A stretch of DNA of 63,088 nucleotides, the filler included, from Olpidium bornovanus S191 (Eukaryota; Fungi; Olpidiomycota), in assembly GCA_017911155.1 (NCBI GenBank). It is 26 parts of 26 records of this genome, joined end to end, with 100 filler letters (N's around TTAATTAATTAA, not from the genome) between each part and the next. Parts side by side here need not be neighbours in the genome. Positions count along the whole stretch, not along the records: positions 22,052 to 26,370 come from JAEFCI010000471.1; positions 26,471 to 28,176 come from JAEFCI010010753.1; positions 28,277 to 29,455 come from JAEFCI010008885.1; positions 29,556 to 31,766 come from JAEFCI010009107.1; positions 31,867 to 34,484 come from JAEFCI010013294.1; positions 34,585 to 35,838 come from JAEFCI010011045.1; 20 more parts are not named here. One strand, given 5' to 3'. Positions 24,093-35,938 of the stretch are shown one piece after another. The translations under genes and the position numbers were made by a program. Position 1 is the stretch's first letter; each line of letters starts with the position of its first letter. The notes beneath the pieces are model-generated. The model was not told the DNA's origin, searched no databases, and saw only the letters and a program-made list of their open reading frames with translations.

Positions 24093-25620
24093 ATCTTCAA
24101 GTTCACCAGCGAGAGCGTCGGAGAAGGACACCCTGGTACGTGGCTGTGGCCGGCCACTGGTTGTCCGTGACTTTCAACTAAATCGCTTCTCACTTGCCGT
24201 TTCTGCCTCTCACGGACCCGGCACAGACAAGATCTGCGACCAGATCTCCGATGCTGTCCTGGACGCCTGCTTGGCACAGGATCCGCTATCAAAAGTCGCC
24301 TGCGAGACTGCAACCAAGACTGGAATGATTATGGTTTTCGGAGAAATCACCACCAGCGCGGTTATCGACTTCCAGAAGATCATCCGCAACACTGTCAAGA
24401 AAATTGGTTATGACAGCTCCGACAAGGGTAACTCAACTCCCGACCTCGGCGCTGCCTTGTCAGTTTTTTGTTATCCTTAATTTTTATATATGTATTTTTA
24501 ATTTTTTGCCGCTTTCCTTTTTTTTTTGGCAAATGGCCATTCAGGCTTTGACTACAAGACCTGCAACGTCCTGGTCGCCGTCGAGCAACAGTCTCCAGAC
24601 ATTGCGCAAGGACTAGTGCAGCAAGGTCACTGCATTGAGAATATTGGCGCGGGCGACCAGGGAATCATGTTTGGCTACGCCACAGACGAAACTCCCGAGT
24701 TAATGCCGATGACGATCGTTTTGGCGCACAAGCTGAACATGAAAATGGCGGAGCTGCGCCGCAGCGGTGAGCTCGGCTGGCTGCGACCCGACAGCAAGAC
24801 CCAGGTGACTATCGACTACAAGAACGTCAACGGCGCCATGGTCCCGCTCAGGGTCGACACCGTCGTCGTCTCAACCCAGCACTCTCCCGAGATTTCCACC
24901 GTGGACCTCCGTAGGGAGATCAAGGAGAAGGTCGTCAAAAAGGTCATCCCGCCCGAATATCTCGATGATAAGACCGTTTACCATATCCAGCCCTCAGGCC
25001 TTTTCATAATTGGGGGCCCTCAGGGCGATGCTGGCCTCACCGGCCGCAAGGTAACACTCGACTTTTAATTTCCGTGTTAAAACGTGATTCAGGTGTAACC
25101 AGTTGTTGATGGTGTGGCCTTGCGTTTAACAGATTATTGTCGACACCTACGGAGGATGGGGCGCGCATGGCGGTGGCGCCTTCTCTGGCAAGGACTGGTC
25201 CAAGGTGGACCGCTCCGCGGCTTATACCGGACGATGGATCGCGAAGTCGCTGGTCGCTGCCGGTCTGTGCAAGCGCTGCCTCGTCCAGCTTTCATACGCC
25301 ATCGGCGTCCCAGAGCCGTGAGCATTCTTCTCCCGCTTTTTCGCTTTGGAAAATACTTTGCCGTTTTGTTTGTTACGCGTTCGTTCTCCGGACCTGACAA
25401 CTTCTCGCACAGTACCTCCCTGTTCGTCGACACCTACGGAACCGGCAAGAAGCCCAACTCGGAACTCATCGAGATCGTGAAGAAAAACTTCAACCTCCGC
25501 CCGGGTCTCATTGTCAAGGAGTTGAATCTTATTCAGCCCATCTACGAAAAGACCGCCGTCTACGGTCACTTTGGGCGGCCCGAGTTCACGTGGGAGCAGC
25601 CCAAGCCCCTGAAATACTGA
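24093..25620 (+). CDS. SAM1: S-adenosylmethionine synthetase (MAT); start exon unresolved
   Basis: Exons 24093-24135 ([11 protein letters not shown]), 24227-24427, 24545-25050 ([19 protein letters not shown]), 25133-25317 (GGGAFSGKD) and 25413-25620 ([19 protein letters not shown]). Confidence 0.97.
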
Positions 25621-26000
25621 GGGGGTGAGGGGGGAGGAGTGTACATTCGCGAGCAACATTGTTCCAGTCGGATTCTGTCGATAACTCCTGTTTATATTCA
25701 CGCGCAAGATTGTTCCAGTGGGATTCTGTCGATACCTCCTGTTTATATCTTGTATTCATCCTGGTAAAAAGTTCACCTGGGTGCAGCCCAAGCCCCTGAA
25801 ATACTAAAAGGGGAAGGAGGGAGGAGGGCACATTCGCGAGCAATTTTGGTGAAGCTTCACTCGGAAGCAGCCTAAGCCCCTGAAATACTAAAGGGAAAAG
25901 GAGGGAGGAGAGTACATTCTCGAGCAATTAGTTCCAGTGGGGGTTCTGTAGATACTTCCTGTGATTTTTCCAGTGGGATTCTGTCGATACTTCCTGTTTA
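25583..26000 (+). repeat. Triplicated SAM-synthetase terminal codons and stop, plus four copies of a ~35-bp 3'-UTR motif
   Basis: CAGCC(C/T)AAGCCCCTGAAATACT(G/A)A...GGAGGAG...ACATTC(G/T)CGAGCAA near 25597, 25784 and 25868. TTCCAGT(C/G)GG...TTCTGT(C/A)GATA..TCCTGT near 25661, 25711, 25931 and 25968. Confidence 0.9.
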
Positions 26001-26739
26001 AGTTTTTTATTCATCCTTTTTTAGTGAATATTTCGAAGATTTCTTTTCGTGGCCTTCCGGGTCGCCTTGAAGGTGGCCTTTCGAGTTTTTCCGATAAAAC
26101 ACGAAATGCCTATCTTCCGATGCTCGGTTTCTGCCGTGGTGCCTCCAATCTCTCTCCTGCATGTGGCTGATAGTACAACATAGGCCGGGCGTCGTCGACG
26201 CCGGCTACAGTAACTTCACGTCTGATCGCCCCACCCCTTTCGGGATGTACCGCGGGAACCTTCTTTTGTCCCATCCTTCACTTGCAATCGGACCAAACCG
26301 TGTGCTGTCCAGGAACTTCGGATGGGATTCTTTTACCCCCCCCCCCCCCCCCCCTTCCCCCCCGGGGGCCNNNNNNNNNNNNNNNNNNNNNNNNNNNNNN
26401 NNNNNNNNNNNNNNTTAATTAATTAANNNNNNNNNNNNNNNNNNNNNNNNNNNNNNNNNNNNNNNNNNNNGCCCGCCCCCCCCCCGCCGCGCGGGGGCGC
26501 CCCCCCCCCCCCCCCCCCCCCCCCGGGGGCGCCCCCCCCCCCCCCCCCCCGCAACCCCGCAAATTACCCCGCAAAGTAGCGAACACGACAGCAAAACAAA
26601 ATAAGCATAAGAAGCGCACTCCATCCACTTGCAGCGTCAGGTTACTAAGCCCAAGCGAACAGCCCACTACTTCCGCTCACACTAGCAAAGGCAGGAGCTG
26701 CCTCCCACTTCTCGAAACAACACTGAGGTTGGCACGCAG

Positions 26740-27880
26740 CACCGACAAGTTGCCGCGAACATCGGCAGCATGCGTACACGAGGCCAGACGAGGCGCCAGC
26801 AGCAGCACCGCCAGCCTTCGTCAAGCTGCCTTCACGATGCACGAGACTACCGTGCAGTACGGCTTGTCAACAGCGGAGCTGGCTAGAGCGATGCTCTCTG
26901 CGCTACAGTGCTCCCACGAACTCCTCCTGTCAGGTTGTTTTTAGTCAGCAAAACACCACGCATTGCAAACCAAGCAGCCTCACTTTCCTCGGCTTTGGCA
27001 GCGCGCTCCCGGCGGCTTGCCAGTCATCACCGGACAGCCCCGACCACTTGCGGCCCCTCATGCGCAAACCACCCCACGACCACAAATCCGCCACGGTTGG
27101 AGAGGCTGGAAAGGAGGACGCGGCAGCTGACGCGCAGCAGGGCGATCAGGGCGCCCCGCACACGGCCGCTGCCCAGGAACACGCCCATTAAGCTTTGGTT
27201 GCTCGAGCTGGAATTGCGGTACATATCATGGATGCCACCCCTGCCGCCGCCTCTATCATGATCGTCGAGCCACCACCCCGTGCTGAACCCTTCGGAGCTC
27301 TCGCCAGACCGTGCGCCGCACACGCGCACTCAGGCAAAGAGCACACGTCAATCAACTCCGGCTCTTCGCATCACATTGTGCTGTCATTGCAGATAGTTGG
27401 AACCTTAACCTGCCAAAACATTATTTTAATGATTGCTGACAACTCCCAGCTTAACATCAGTTTTCAATGTACCATCAATCTCCACCATGCGCTCAGGACG
27501 CTGAGCCCGAAAACACCCCTGTGTCCAGGGCATCATATAATCACTCTTTTTGATTGACAGGGCGACAATTAATCGTGCCGGGATCTGGGCCGGCCCAAAT
27601 GGAAATGTTGCCATCAGGGCTACTGAGACGGCTGCTCTTTTTTTTTTCACAATGTTACCTCACCCTTGTGTCTAATGCTCAACGTTTCCTTGCCCTCTTC
27701 TTCTCCTGCCATCGCCACGGCGAGGGCTAACGTCTTCACAGCTGTCTTCGTAGACCTCTGGCATCGTTGCCTCGGAAACTATGGATGGCCGGTTACGAAG
27801 AAAATCAATCCCGCCATCACACAGTGCCAACATTTGGAACACGACCAATGACTGTCTAGCTTGTGAACCTTGCGCGCTTA
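26740..27880 (+). mobile_element. Ty1/Copia gag-pol remnant (gag, protease, GAG-pre-integrase), degenerate
   Basis: YGLSTAELARAMLSALQCSH (copia-type gag), SINSGSSHHI (decayed DSGAS.H protease motif) and VDLWHRCLGNY (LWHRRLGH pre-integrase motif), with stops and frameshifts. Confidence 0.65.
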
Positions 27881-28051
27881 ATCGCGGCGCTCTGTCAACC
27901 GTTCAAATTAAATGCCAAAACCGGGCTCCCCAGTTGGTACCATCCTTAGCTGCAATGCTTCAGGCACATTCGCCATTGGCGCTAATGGTTCCAAGTACGT
28001 TCTTACGTACACCGATTAATCTGCACAACTCATTGTCTCCTATTTTATCAG

Positions 28052-28176
28052 CAACCATGCACGAGTTCGAGTTCCTTGATCCGCCGGATATCACGCTAGT
28101 CAACAACGGGCTACGGCAGCTTTTTCTGCTCGGCGCCCTAAACAGGCACGGGGTTGTCACGGACCTGGGCAGGAAA
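28052..28176 (+). CDS. DEAH-box RNA helicase, HA2-domain exon (Prp22/Prp43/DHX-like), partial
   Basis: FEFLDPPDITLVNNGLRQLFLLGALNRHGVVTDLGRK after a TTTTATCAG acceptor. Confidence 0.85.
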
Positions 28177-29256
28177 NNNNNNNNNNNNNNNNNNNNNNNN
28201 NNNNNNNNNNNNNNNNNNNNTTAATTAATTAANNNNNNNNNNNNNNNNNNNNNNNNNNNNNNNNNNNNNNNNNNNNAAGGGCGCAGAGCGAAGGGCGAGA
28301 GGCGGTCGAAGGGTGGAAGCGGCGGCGGCGGGATCGAGGGCAGGACGGCCCCCGAACCCGGGGGTCGACCAATAGAATAGCCCCCCTCGAAGCCCGCCAA
28401 TCGAAGAGCTTCCCCCTTGCCCCCCTTCACCCCCCCAGAGCCGCACATGGGAACCCCCACCAACCGTAACCCCCCCACTGCCCTCGGAATTGCACGAGGA
28501 GATAGATGTTTAAACCAGCTTGGAACCCTCCCCCCATCTCCCCAAACATTTTGGTGGCGTGCAGGCGAAGAATCAATGCGGCTTCCCTGACTATCGAAAC
28601 GCTCGTGAATCTGCCCAGGGTACGAGTCTGCGCCCGTTGAACGCATGGTGCAGCGATGCATGTTCTCTTATAATGCCACAAGGACAGCCAGTCCTTCCGC
28701 GGTTTTGATAGTTTGTGTGAGGAGCAAAAACCGCTGTGTTTGCGGGCCTTTCGAGCCGGTTAAACCGTCTCTCCGTCTACTCGTGCAATTACAGATTCCC
28801 AACGGCCTTCGGCCTCGGCCATCTATCAATGGACGGACTTTTCGTCTAGAACAGGTACGTGAGCTCTAATTCTGCCTTGACATTATGGGGAAAAGATGCC
28901 TGAAGAACACCAGTCGGCCCCTTTCTGTCGACCGCCAGGTGGAAGATATGTACAGTAGGCAATACTAAACAAAATGTAAAGCGACGGAGGGTAAAAATGG
29001 AACAACTTGTGGGGCGAAATTTTTAAAGTTGCGGGTACCAGATGGGATCCATCAGTGCGAGCTTTACAGGCGCGGTTGCCTAATAAGCAACGGTACGTAA
29101 TACGTGATCAGCGGACGAGACCTCCAAACACGATAACTGACCGCAACCAACTCACATCGGAAATAAGGTCCAGCACTGCTTGATTCGCCGGTATCGTATT
29201 CGCAGCAGACTAGAATGACGATAAACACCCCCGGAAACGAAGTCGCTCAAAGTCAG

Positions 29257-29455
29257 TTAGATTCTTATCCTTAACCACGAAGCAAAATTTGGGCAATCCT
29301 TTTGCATAATAAAGAACTCATCGATCCGGACCGATTCGGTCTCCTTTAGACTTGCAAGGACCTTCGCCCGCTTGACGATTTGGTTGACGAACTGCTGTGT
29401 GCGCTCTTTTATCGGCAACTCTGGCATTGGCTTGTTCCCGCCCATCTGGGCCATG
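29257..29455 (-). CDS. Unidentified coding fragment at a contig end
   Basis: Non-repetitive, protein-like frame MAQMGGNKPMPELPIKERTQQFVNQIVKRAKVLASLKETESVRIDEFFIMQKDCPNFASWL; no family recognised. Confidence 0.35.
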
Positions 29456-29705
29456 NNNNNNNNNNNNNNNNNNNNNNNNNNNNNNNNNNNNNNNNNNNNT
29501 TAATTAATTAANNNNNNNNNNNNNNNNNNNNNNNNNNNNNNNNNNNNNNNNNNNNCCTTCTGCTGCAGCAGCTGCTGGGAGCGCAGCTCTTGCATCTTGG
29601 TGGCCACATGAGTTCGAGAATTTCCCGGCCACGGGTAAACGTCCGCCATTTAGGGTTAGGGGTGGGGGGGGGGGGGAGGGGGGGCCTTTCCCGGGGGGGG
29701 GGGAA

Positions 29706-29737
<32 letters not shown>

Positions 29738-31866
29738 CACGCCCCCCGGGGGGGGGGGGGGGGGGGGTGGGGGGGGGGGGGGGGGGGGGGGGGGGAGGGG
29801 GAGACTTTCCCGGGCGGGCGTGCGGGAGGGAGCGGAGGCGGCGCGGGGTGGGCCCGCAACGCCCGCCGGAGGGGTTGTGTGAGTGGTTGCCGGGATGCGG
29901 GCGGGCGGGGCGGTATCCAGGGACGACGGTCTGCGGAGCTGCCGGTCGGGTCCCCCTTTAGGTGGCGGTGCGAAACAACGCGGTTCCGAAAAAGGACACC
30001 ATTCTCGACGGGGCATTTCCGCCCGTACTCGTTTTTTTTCTTCTTCTTCTTCTTCTTCTTCTTTCGTTTTCTGTGCTGCCCATCAATTGTTCCCTGCCCG
30101 GTCCGATATGTAAGTTGTTACCCCTGCCCGCTAGTGACGCTCTTCCTTCCTGGGCGAAGAAGAAAAGGACGCGCGGGGCTTTTATTGCGGCTAGTTTCCC
30201 TCTCGGTCGTGCGCTCGTCGAACGCGCGGGACGCGCGCTTCTTCCGCGTACGGGGGAATTGCAGTAAACGCCCTCCCTCCATCGATACCTCCTGCAGAAG
30301 TCCGCCATCGATGCCCCATCGTATCAATACCGCGCGGTCACCGTCGTTGCCGCCTCCCTCACCGAATGCCAGTGGGCACGTGACAGATCGATTACTGTAT
30401 AAACCCCTCCGGACGTCTATGACAAACAACAACGCTTTTCCGACTTGCGCCACATCACAAAGCAGCGGCTGCAGAAGTCCGCTGTGATGCGGAAAAGTAG
30501 TGGCTGTCGTAACCATGGTCGAAGGACACGCAAACAACCAAGATTGTCCTCCAAACAGCGGCGCCCGGTTCGCGGAAGTAGTCAAGGACTACCAAGGCAT
30601 ATTTCCAGCCCACTTTCCCTCCGGTTGACGCCCTCCGAGCTCCTGCCAAAGGCATCGTCCCGCGAGATCACCAAAAAATATGGCGCTCGGCTTCGCAGCC
30701 AGCTCATTTACCACCTCTCGGAAGCTAAGCTCGCCGAGCCGTGACGTCAACTGAAAGGAATTTCTCGACGCTCGCCACATCCGGCCATCCAAATCTTGCG
30801 AAGACAACGGGAAACTTTCGTTTGACAAGACTTGTTTGTCTTGACATTAGCTGTCTTGACGCCCCTCCTCCCGAAAAATACCAAAATTGGCGCGCTTGCC
30901 GCCAAAACTGGCCCGTTGCCATAACCGGCGCGCCCGCCTACCGGGGGCCTTTGCCGAAGCCGGCGCCGTCGCAAGGTTGCTCGCCGATGCGCTCCCCGGT
31001 GCGGTTTCCAAAGCAGATGCGCTTGCTGACGCGCCCTCTAACTTTTCGACCTGCTCTTTGATGAGCCCTTCTGCAGTGGGCCGGGCGGCTCCCCTGGGGA
31101 AACCCCTCAGGGGGGGTGCGCTCACTGGTGAATATGCGCTTCGCGCTTCGCCCGACCAGCCAAAGACAATCCCGCACTCACGACGCCGACGACACCTTCG
31201 GGACAACCGCACCTCCACCTGACAGCAGCCCCGTGTCTGGAACTCCCGCGCCCCTTTCTTTCACCATATCAGAAGGGCGCTTTTCGTTGCCCTGCGAGAG
31301 TTTTGTTTTCGCAAAAACTAACGGATATTGTCAAACACCTCCACGTGGTGCTCTCTGGGCAATTGCTACCTTGGCGAGACCGGCTAAGTTTGGGCATCTT
31401 CCTTTCCTCTGCTCAATAGCTATGGTGTGCCGTTGCGCTGGGTTGGGCTGTTTAATTTTATCAGATTTTTAACGTTTGTGTTTCCTGTCCTGCGCCCGGT
31501 CCAACTCCAGTGACCAAAGAGAGAGATGGCCTTACGAATGCCTTTTGAATCCCTCGACGATTATGGATCTTCAAAAACCGGCTGGAGATTCCCTTTGAAT
31601 CCCTTTCGAAATACCCTTCGAGATCTTCCCGCCGGGCTGATTGTGCATGGATGCGCCGCCCAGCCCGGTCTTTAGTGTTGCCACGTGCTTTACGAGCACT
31701 TCGTTAGGCCCTTTGACGTAGAAGATCTCAAATCAATTGCGGGCCGTTGCGACGTGCTCTGCGAGCNNNNNNNNNNNNNNNNNNNNNNNNNNNNNNNNNN
31801 NNNNNNNNNNTTAATTAATTAANNNNNNNNNNNNNNNNNNNNNNNNNNNNNNNNNNNNNNNNNNNN

Positions 31867-31907
<41 letters not shown>

Positions 31908-32321
31908 AAAGGGGGGGAAGAGTATTTTTTTTTCGGTCGGCGGGGTAGGGGCGAGAGAGGTTTTCCCAAAAAAAAAAACCGGGGAGAGTTGGTGAGTGAG
32001 GGCCAGGCTATTATTGTCATCATCATCATTATTATTTACTTTGTTTACCGCGCCGGAGAAAAAAAAAAAAAAAAAAAAAAAAAGAGAGAAAAACCACCTC
32101 GAAAAGAGGATAAGCCCTTTTTTATACATTTCCTTCCTTCCTTTGCGCTCGCCCCCCCCCCCCGGACCCGAGAGAGAGAGAGAGAGAGAGACAGACGCAG
32201 GGGAGGCGGGCGGGCGGCTTTGCGGTAGGCCGGGCGGCAGGGGCCGTCTGAGCGCAGGGGAGAGATGGAGGGTTGGGGAGGGGGAAAGGGGAGGAGGGGA
32301 ACGGGGGGAGGAGGGGGGCGG

Positions 32322-32364
32322 AGAGGGGCTGAGGGGGCTGAGGGGGCTGAGGGGGCTGAGGGGA
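32322..32364 (+). repeat. (AGGGGGCTG)n minisatellite, about four units, G-quadruplex-prone
   Basis: gaggggctgagggggctgagggggctgagggggctgagggg seen directly. Confidence 0.8.
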
Positions 32365-33399
32365 GGAGCGAAGAAGGAGAGACAGGAGCAGGAGGAGGAG
32401 GAGGGCGAGAAGAACGAGGAGGACGGGTCAGGAAACGAAGGCGCGGGGAAAGGGGCCTCCCCCGGGGAGCATACGCCGGCGGAAGGCGCGTGCGGGGAAA
32501 GGGAAAGGGGGGAGGGAAAGGGGGAGAGAGAGAGGGGTGGGTGAGAGAAAAAAGATTCCGGACTGCAGCACCAAAAAAACAAAAAAAAAAAAAAAAAAAA
32601 AAAATTGCCCCCCGGAAAGGCAAATCAACAGTTCCCAGGCCTGTCCGATAACTACGTATGTAACTTCCGAATGTGAGATGTTGGGAAAAAAAGGAAAAAA
32701 AAAAGAAGCAAAGGCACGCAGCCCCCCCCCCCTCTCACCCCCGGAGAGCGCGCGCCGAGGCAGCGCGCGTTTCTTTTTCATGTGCGCGTGTAACATGCGA
32801 CGAAAGCGATAAGGTGGGGGAGAGGGGGCGAGGCCTCGGTTTCCGGTTTGCTCGCGTGGAGGGGACGTCCCATGTGCGGCAGCCGAAATAATTGTAGAAA
32901 AAAAGAAAACCCAGCGAGCGCGCCCGAGCGCGGGGGGTTTTATACCGCACCGTTGCGGCGGTTTTCGCTTTGTTCCGTGCCCACACACACACACAGCGCG
33001 GCTCGTCGTTTTAGACGAAGCTAAGAAAAAAAAAAGCAATTGGATGGGGAGTGGGAGACATTCGCATTTTCTGCACCTTTCTACCTTGCTGGACTTGCTG
33101 GACTTGCGGTTCTCGCTCGCGCACGGTCAATTCTGTGAGCGACCTGGGGCGGCAATCCAACCGGTGATGCGTTTCCTACAGGCTCCCCGATGGGGGTAGA
33201 AATTATCGTCGGGTTTCTCTATCCCGCACTTTGAACAGACCTTCGTTCTGGTTAACATTCTCGAATTGTTAACCTGACTAACTATTGTGCAGCTTCCACA
33301 TTCTAAACTTACGGGATGGCGGCGGCCCTACCATCGGGTAGTCAGGCAGATACTAGCACAAAACGACACCCAAAACACTTTCGACAGCAGAAAAACCAC

Positions 33400-34066
33400 C
33401 ACGATGGCCGCTTTCCTCGAGATCTTGCTGGCTTTTTGCGCTCGGCTTGGTCTTTAACACCGCGTATACGCGCAGGGAAGAACTGTGGGTCTTCGTCAAA
33501 GACGTCGTCCACATCATACTGGTACCGGAAATCGACGGGAGGGCCGACAGGCACTACCTCGCGTTAACTCTGCATGGCGCTATTCAGGGAGAGATACGGG
33601 ACCGACACCGACTCCCTATTCACGGCCAGGGACGAGTACGAGCGGGTCAAAAGGGAGAGACCGGAGCTGTTCGGAGACGATCTCGGGCGGTTCAAGGAGG
33701 AGTTCCAGAAGGAGACCAGACCCGGGGACATCGGTCCGTTCGGGATCTATGTCGCCAGGAAAACGTACGTCAACTGGGTTATTCGAAACGGGGAGGAAGT
33801 GATAATCAAGAAGCGCATGAAGGGGGCGGATCTCGAGCGGGACAAGGTGATAACCGGTCGCGTGTACAAAGGAGATGGAAACGGAGCCGCCGGTGGAAAG
33901 GAAGTTCAAGGTATACACGGGTACGGACAGGAAAGTGGGATTGGAGGAGTACAGGTCACTGGCGAGAGGGGAGAAGCTTCACCTCATGTGCTACCAGTTG
34001 GAAAAGAAACATCGCCGCGGCAGCAGAAGCGCTGGTAACGAATACGAGTTTCAGGACGAAGGGTGA
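33400..34066 (+). pseudogene. Protein-primed family-B DNA polymerase (pPolB), C-terminal remnant with at least two frameshifts (Polinton/adintovirus/linear-plasmid type)
   Basis: Frame A (33447): LGLVFNTAYTRREELW. Frame B (33574): RYGTDTDSLF (DTDS at 33604-33615), LGRFKEE, GIYVARKTY, KKRMKG. Frame C (33875): LEEYRSLARGEKL. Motif order and spacing match the pPolB palm and thumb. No introns are evident. Confidence 0.8.
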
Positions 34067-34592
34067 TATCCGCGTAAAGGCGGATCGGGCGAAACGGGAA
34101 TTTAAACGGCGCGAGAAACGCACGAACGGGGCGCAGGCGGGCCGGCGCTGGGGGCGTGCGGACAGGTGCTTCTGGAGAGGGACCGCGCGCTCAAACGGGG
34201 CCCGGGAACACCCGGATCCGGGCGCCCGGCGCGCGGGCGCCCCCGGAGGCGGGACCGGGCGCAAACCGCCTCGCACGGCGCGCTCGAAAAACATAATACT
34301 GCTCGGTTGTGCAAGTGGACCGCAAAAACACCCGGATTCGGGTGTTCGAAACAAATAAGCCGGTGGGAAACCAGCCCCCATGGCGACCGAGCGAAAAGTG
34401 CTCGCCAGGGGTGCACCACGCGCTCAATGGGGGCCGCAGGAGACGCCCAAGGTTGGACCAGGCTAAAGGGGTGCAAAATCATGCNNNNNNNNNNNNNNNN
34501 NNNNNNNNNNNNNNNNNNNNNNNNNNNNTTAATTAATTAANNNNNNNNNNNNNNNNNNNNNNNNNNNNNNNNNNNNNNNNNNNNAGACCCCC

Positions 34593-34643
<51 letters not shown>

Positions 34644-34695
34644 AAACAAAAAAAAAAAAAAAAAAGCCCCCCCGCCCCACCCCGGGCGCGGGGAG

Positions 34696-34726
<31 letters not shown>

Positions 34727-34987
34727 GCGCGCGGAACCGGAAGAGGCCCCCCCCCCCCCCCCTTATTTCTCCTCACACACGCCACACACGCGCACACACG
34801 CGCGCACGCACCCACACACCACGATATAAACCCAACGGTTCCCGCCGCTCCTCCCCCCTTCCCCCCTTCCGCGATTCTGGTCGCTGTATAAACGCAAGCT
34901 CGCCCCCGTACTCCCTCCACCGTCCTCTCCGGATTCCTCTCCTCCCCCCCCCCTCTTCCCTGCCTCCGCGCAATCCAGCGAACAAAC

Positions 34988-35680
34988 ATGGTCGCCGCTG
35001 CCGTTTTCGTAATCGCCGCCTGCCTCCTGGCGTGCGTCTTGCAAGTCGAGGGGGAAAAGTGGCAGCCGACGATCCCTCAGGAAGTCTGCATTCGATCCTA
35101 CGGTGGGTACCAAAAAAATATGTCGCGTTCAATTGCAAAAAAAGAGAAATTTACCGGCGGTCAGTCGGGAGGTGGTTGCCCCTTTGACAGCTTCTAGGAG
35201 GGTGCACACTCGCTGCACACGCGCGCGCATGCGACTGTGATCTGACCGGTTTCTTTTTCTCTTATCTTTTTCTTTTTTCTTTTTATCTTTTTCATTATTA
35301 TTTTTTTGGTTTTCTTCACGCGGCACCCCACATCGCCCCTCGCCGGTATCGTTTTCTGCTCGGCTCGCAAAGTCGGCCCGCTCTGCATTTCGCACAAGCC
35401 GCACTCCAAGCGCCGCTCCGTCAAGCTCTACGAGTGCCTGACGCCCGGCCTCAACAAGTGGAACCTCCATCTCGTTGATAGTACTCCTAACGAAGACGGT
35501 GAGTTTTTCTTTCTTTTTTTTTTTTTTTTTTTTTTTGGTCTCGTCAAATTTCCTGTTCTGCCAGCCGTTTGTGGTCGCGGGCACCTTGCGGATCGGCGCG
35601 GAGCGCGCGCGCGCGCGCCAAAATCATGAACTGAGCCCGCGCAAAACCCGCTCTGCGCAGGTGCACTTTACAACATTAAA
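34988..35680 (+). CDS. Putative secreted Cys-containing protein, spliced, partial
   Basis: Signal-peptide-like MVAAAVFVIAACLLACVLQVEG-EK. Downstream exon GIVFCSARKVGPLCISHKPHSKRRSVKLYECLTPGLNKWNLHLVDSTPNED ends at a GTGAGT donor (about 35499). Exon joins are not fully resolved. Confidence 0.45.
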
Positions 35681-35938
35681 GATTCGAGGAACGGTGAGCG
35701 AGGCGGAGGGGCAGGGAGAGTGGGGACGGGAGCAGGGGGAGAAAGCCGGCGGGGAGGGAAAGGGAAGAAGGGGTGTCGCGACGGGCCACGCGGCGATCGT
35801 CGCGTGGGTTTGCGCCGCGTTGGGGGTTTTTTTTTTTGNNNNNNNNNNNNNNNNNNNNNNNNNNNNNNNNNNNNNNNNNNNNTTAATTAATTAANNNNNN
35901 NNNNNNNNNNNNNNNNNNNNNNNNNNNNNNNNNNNNNN

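Noticed and set aside
30455-30655. GGKVGWKYALVVLDYF on the - strand, resembling a retroviral integrase core start
   Set aside because: The match is short and no downstream catalytic D/E residues or other pol motifs were recognised.
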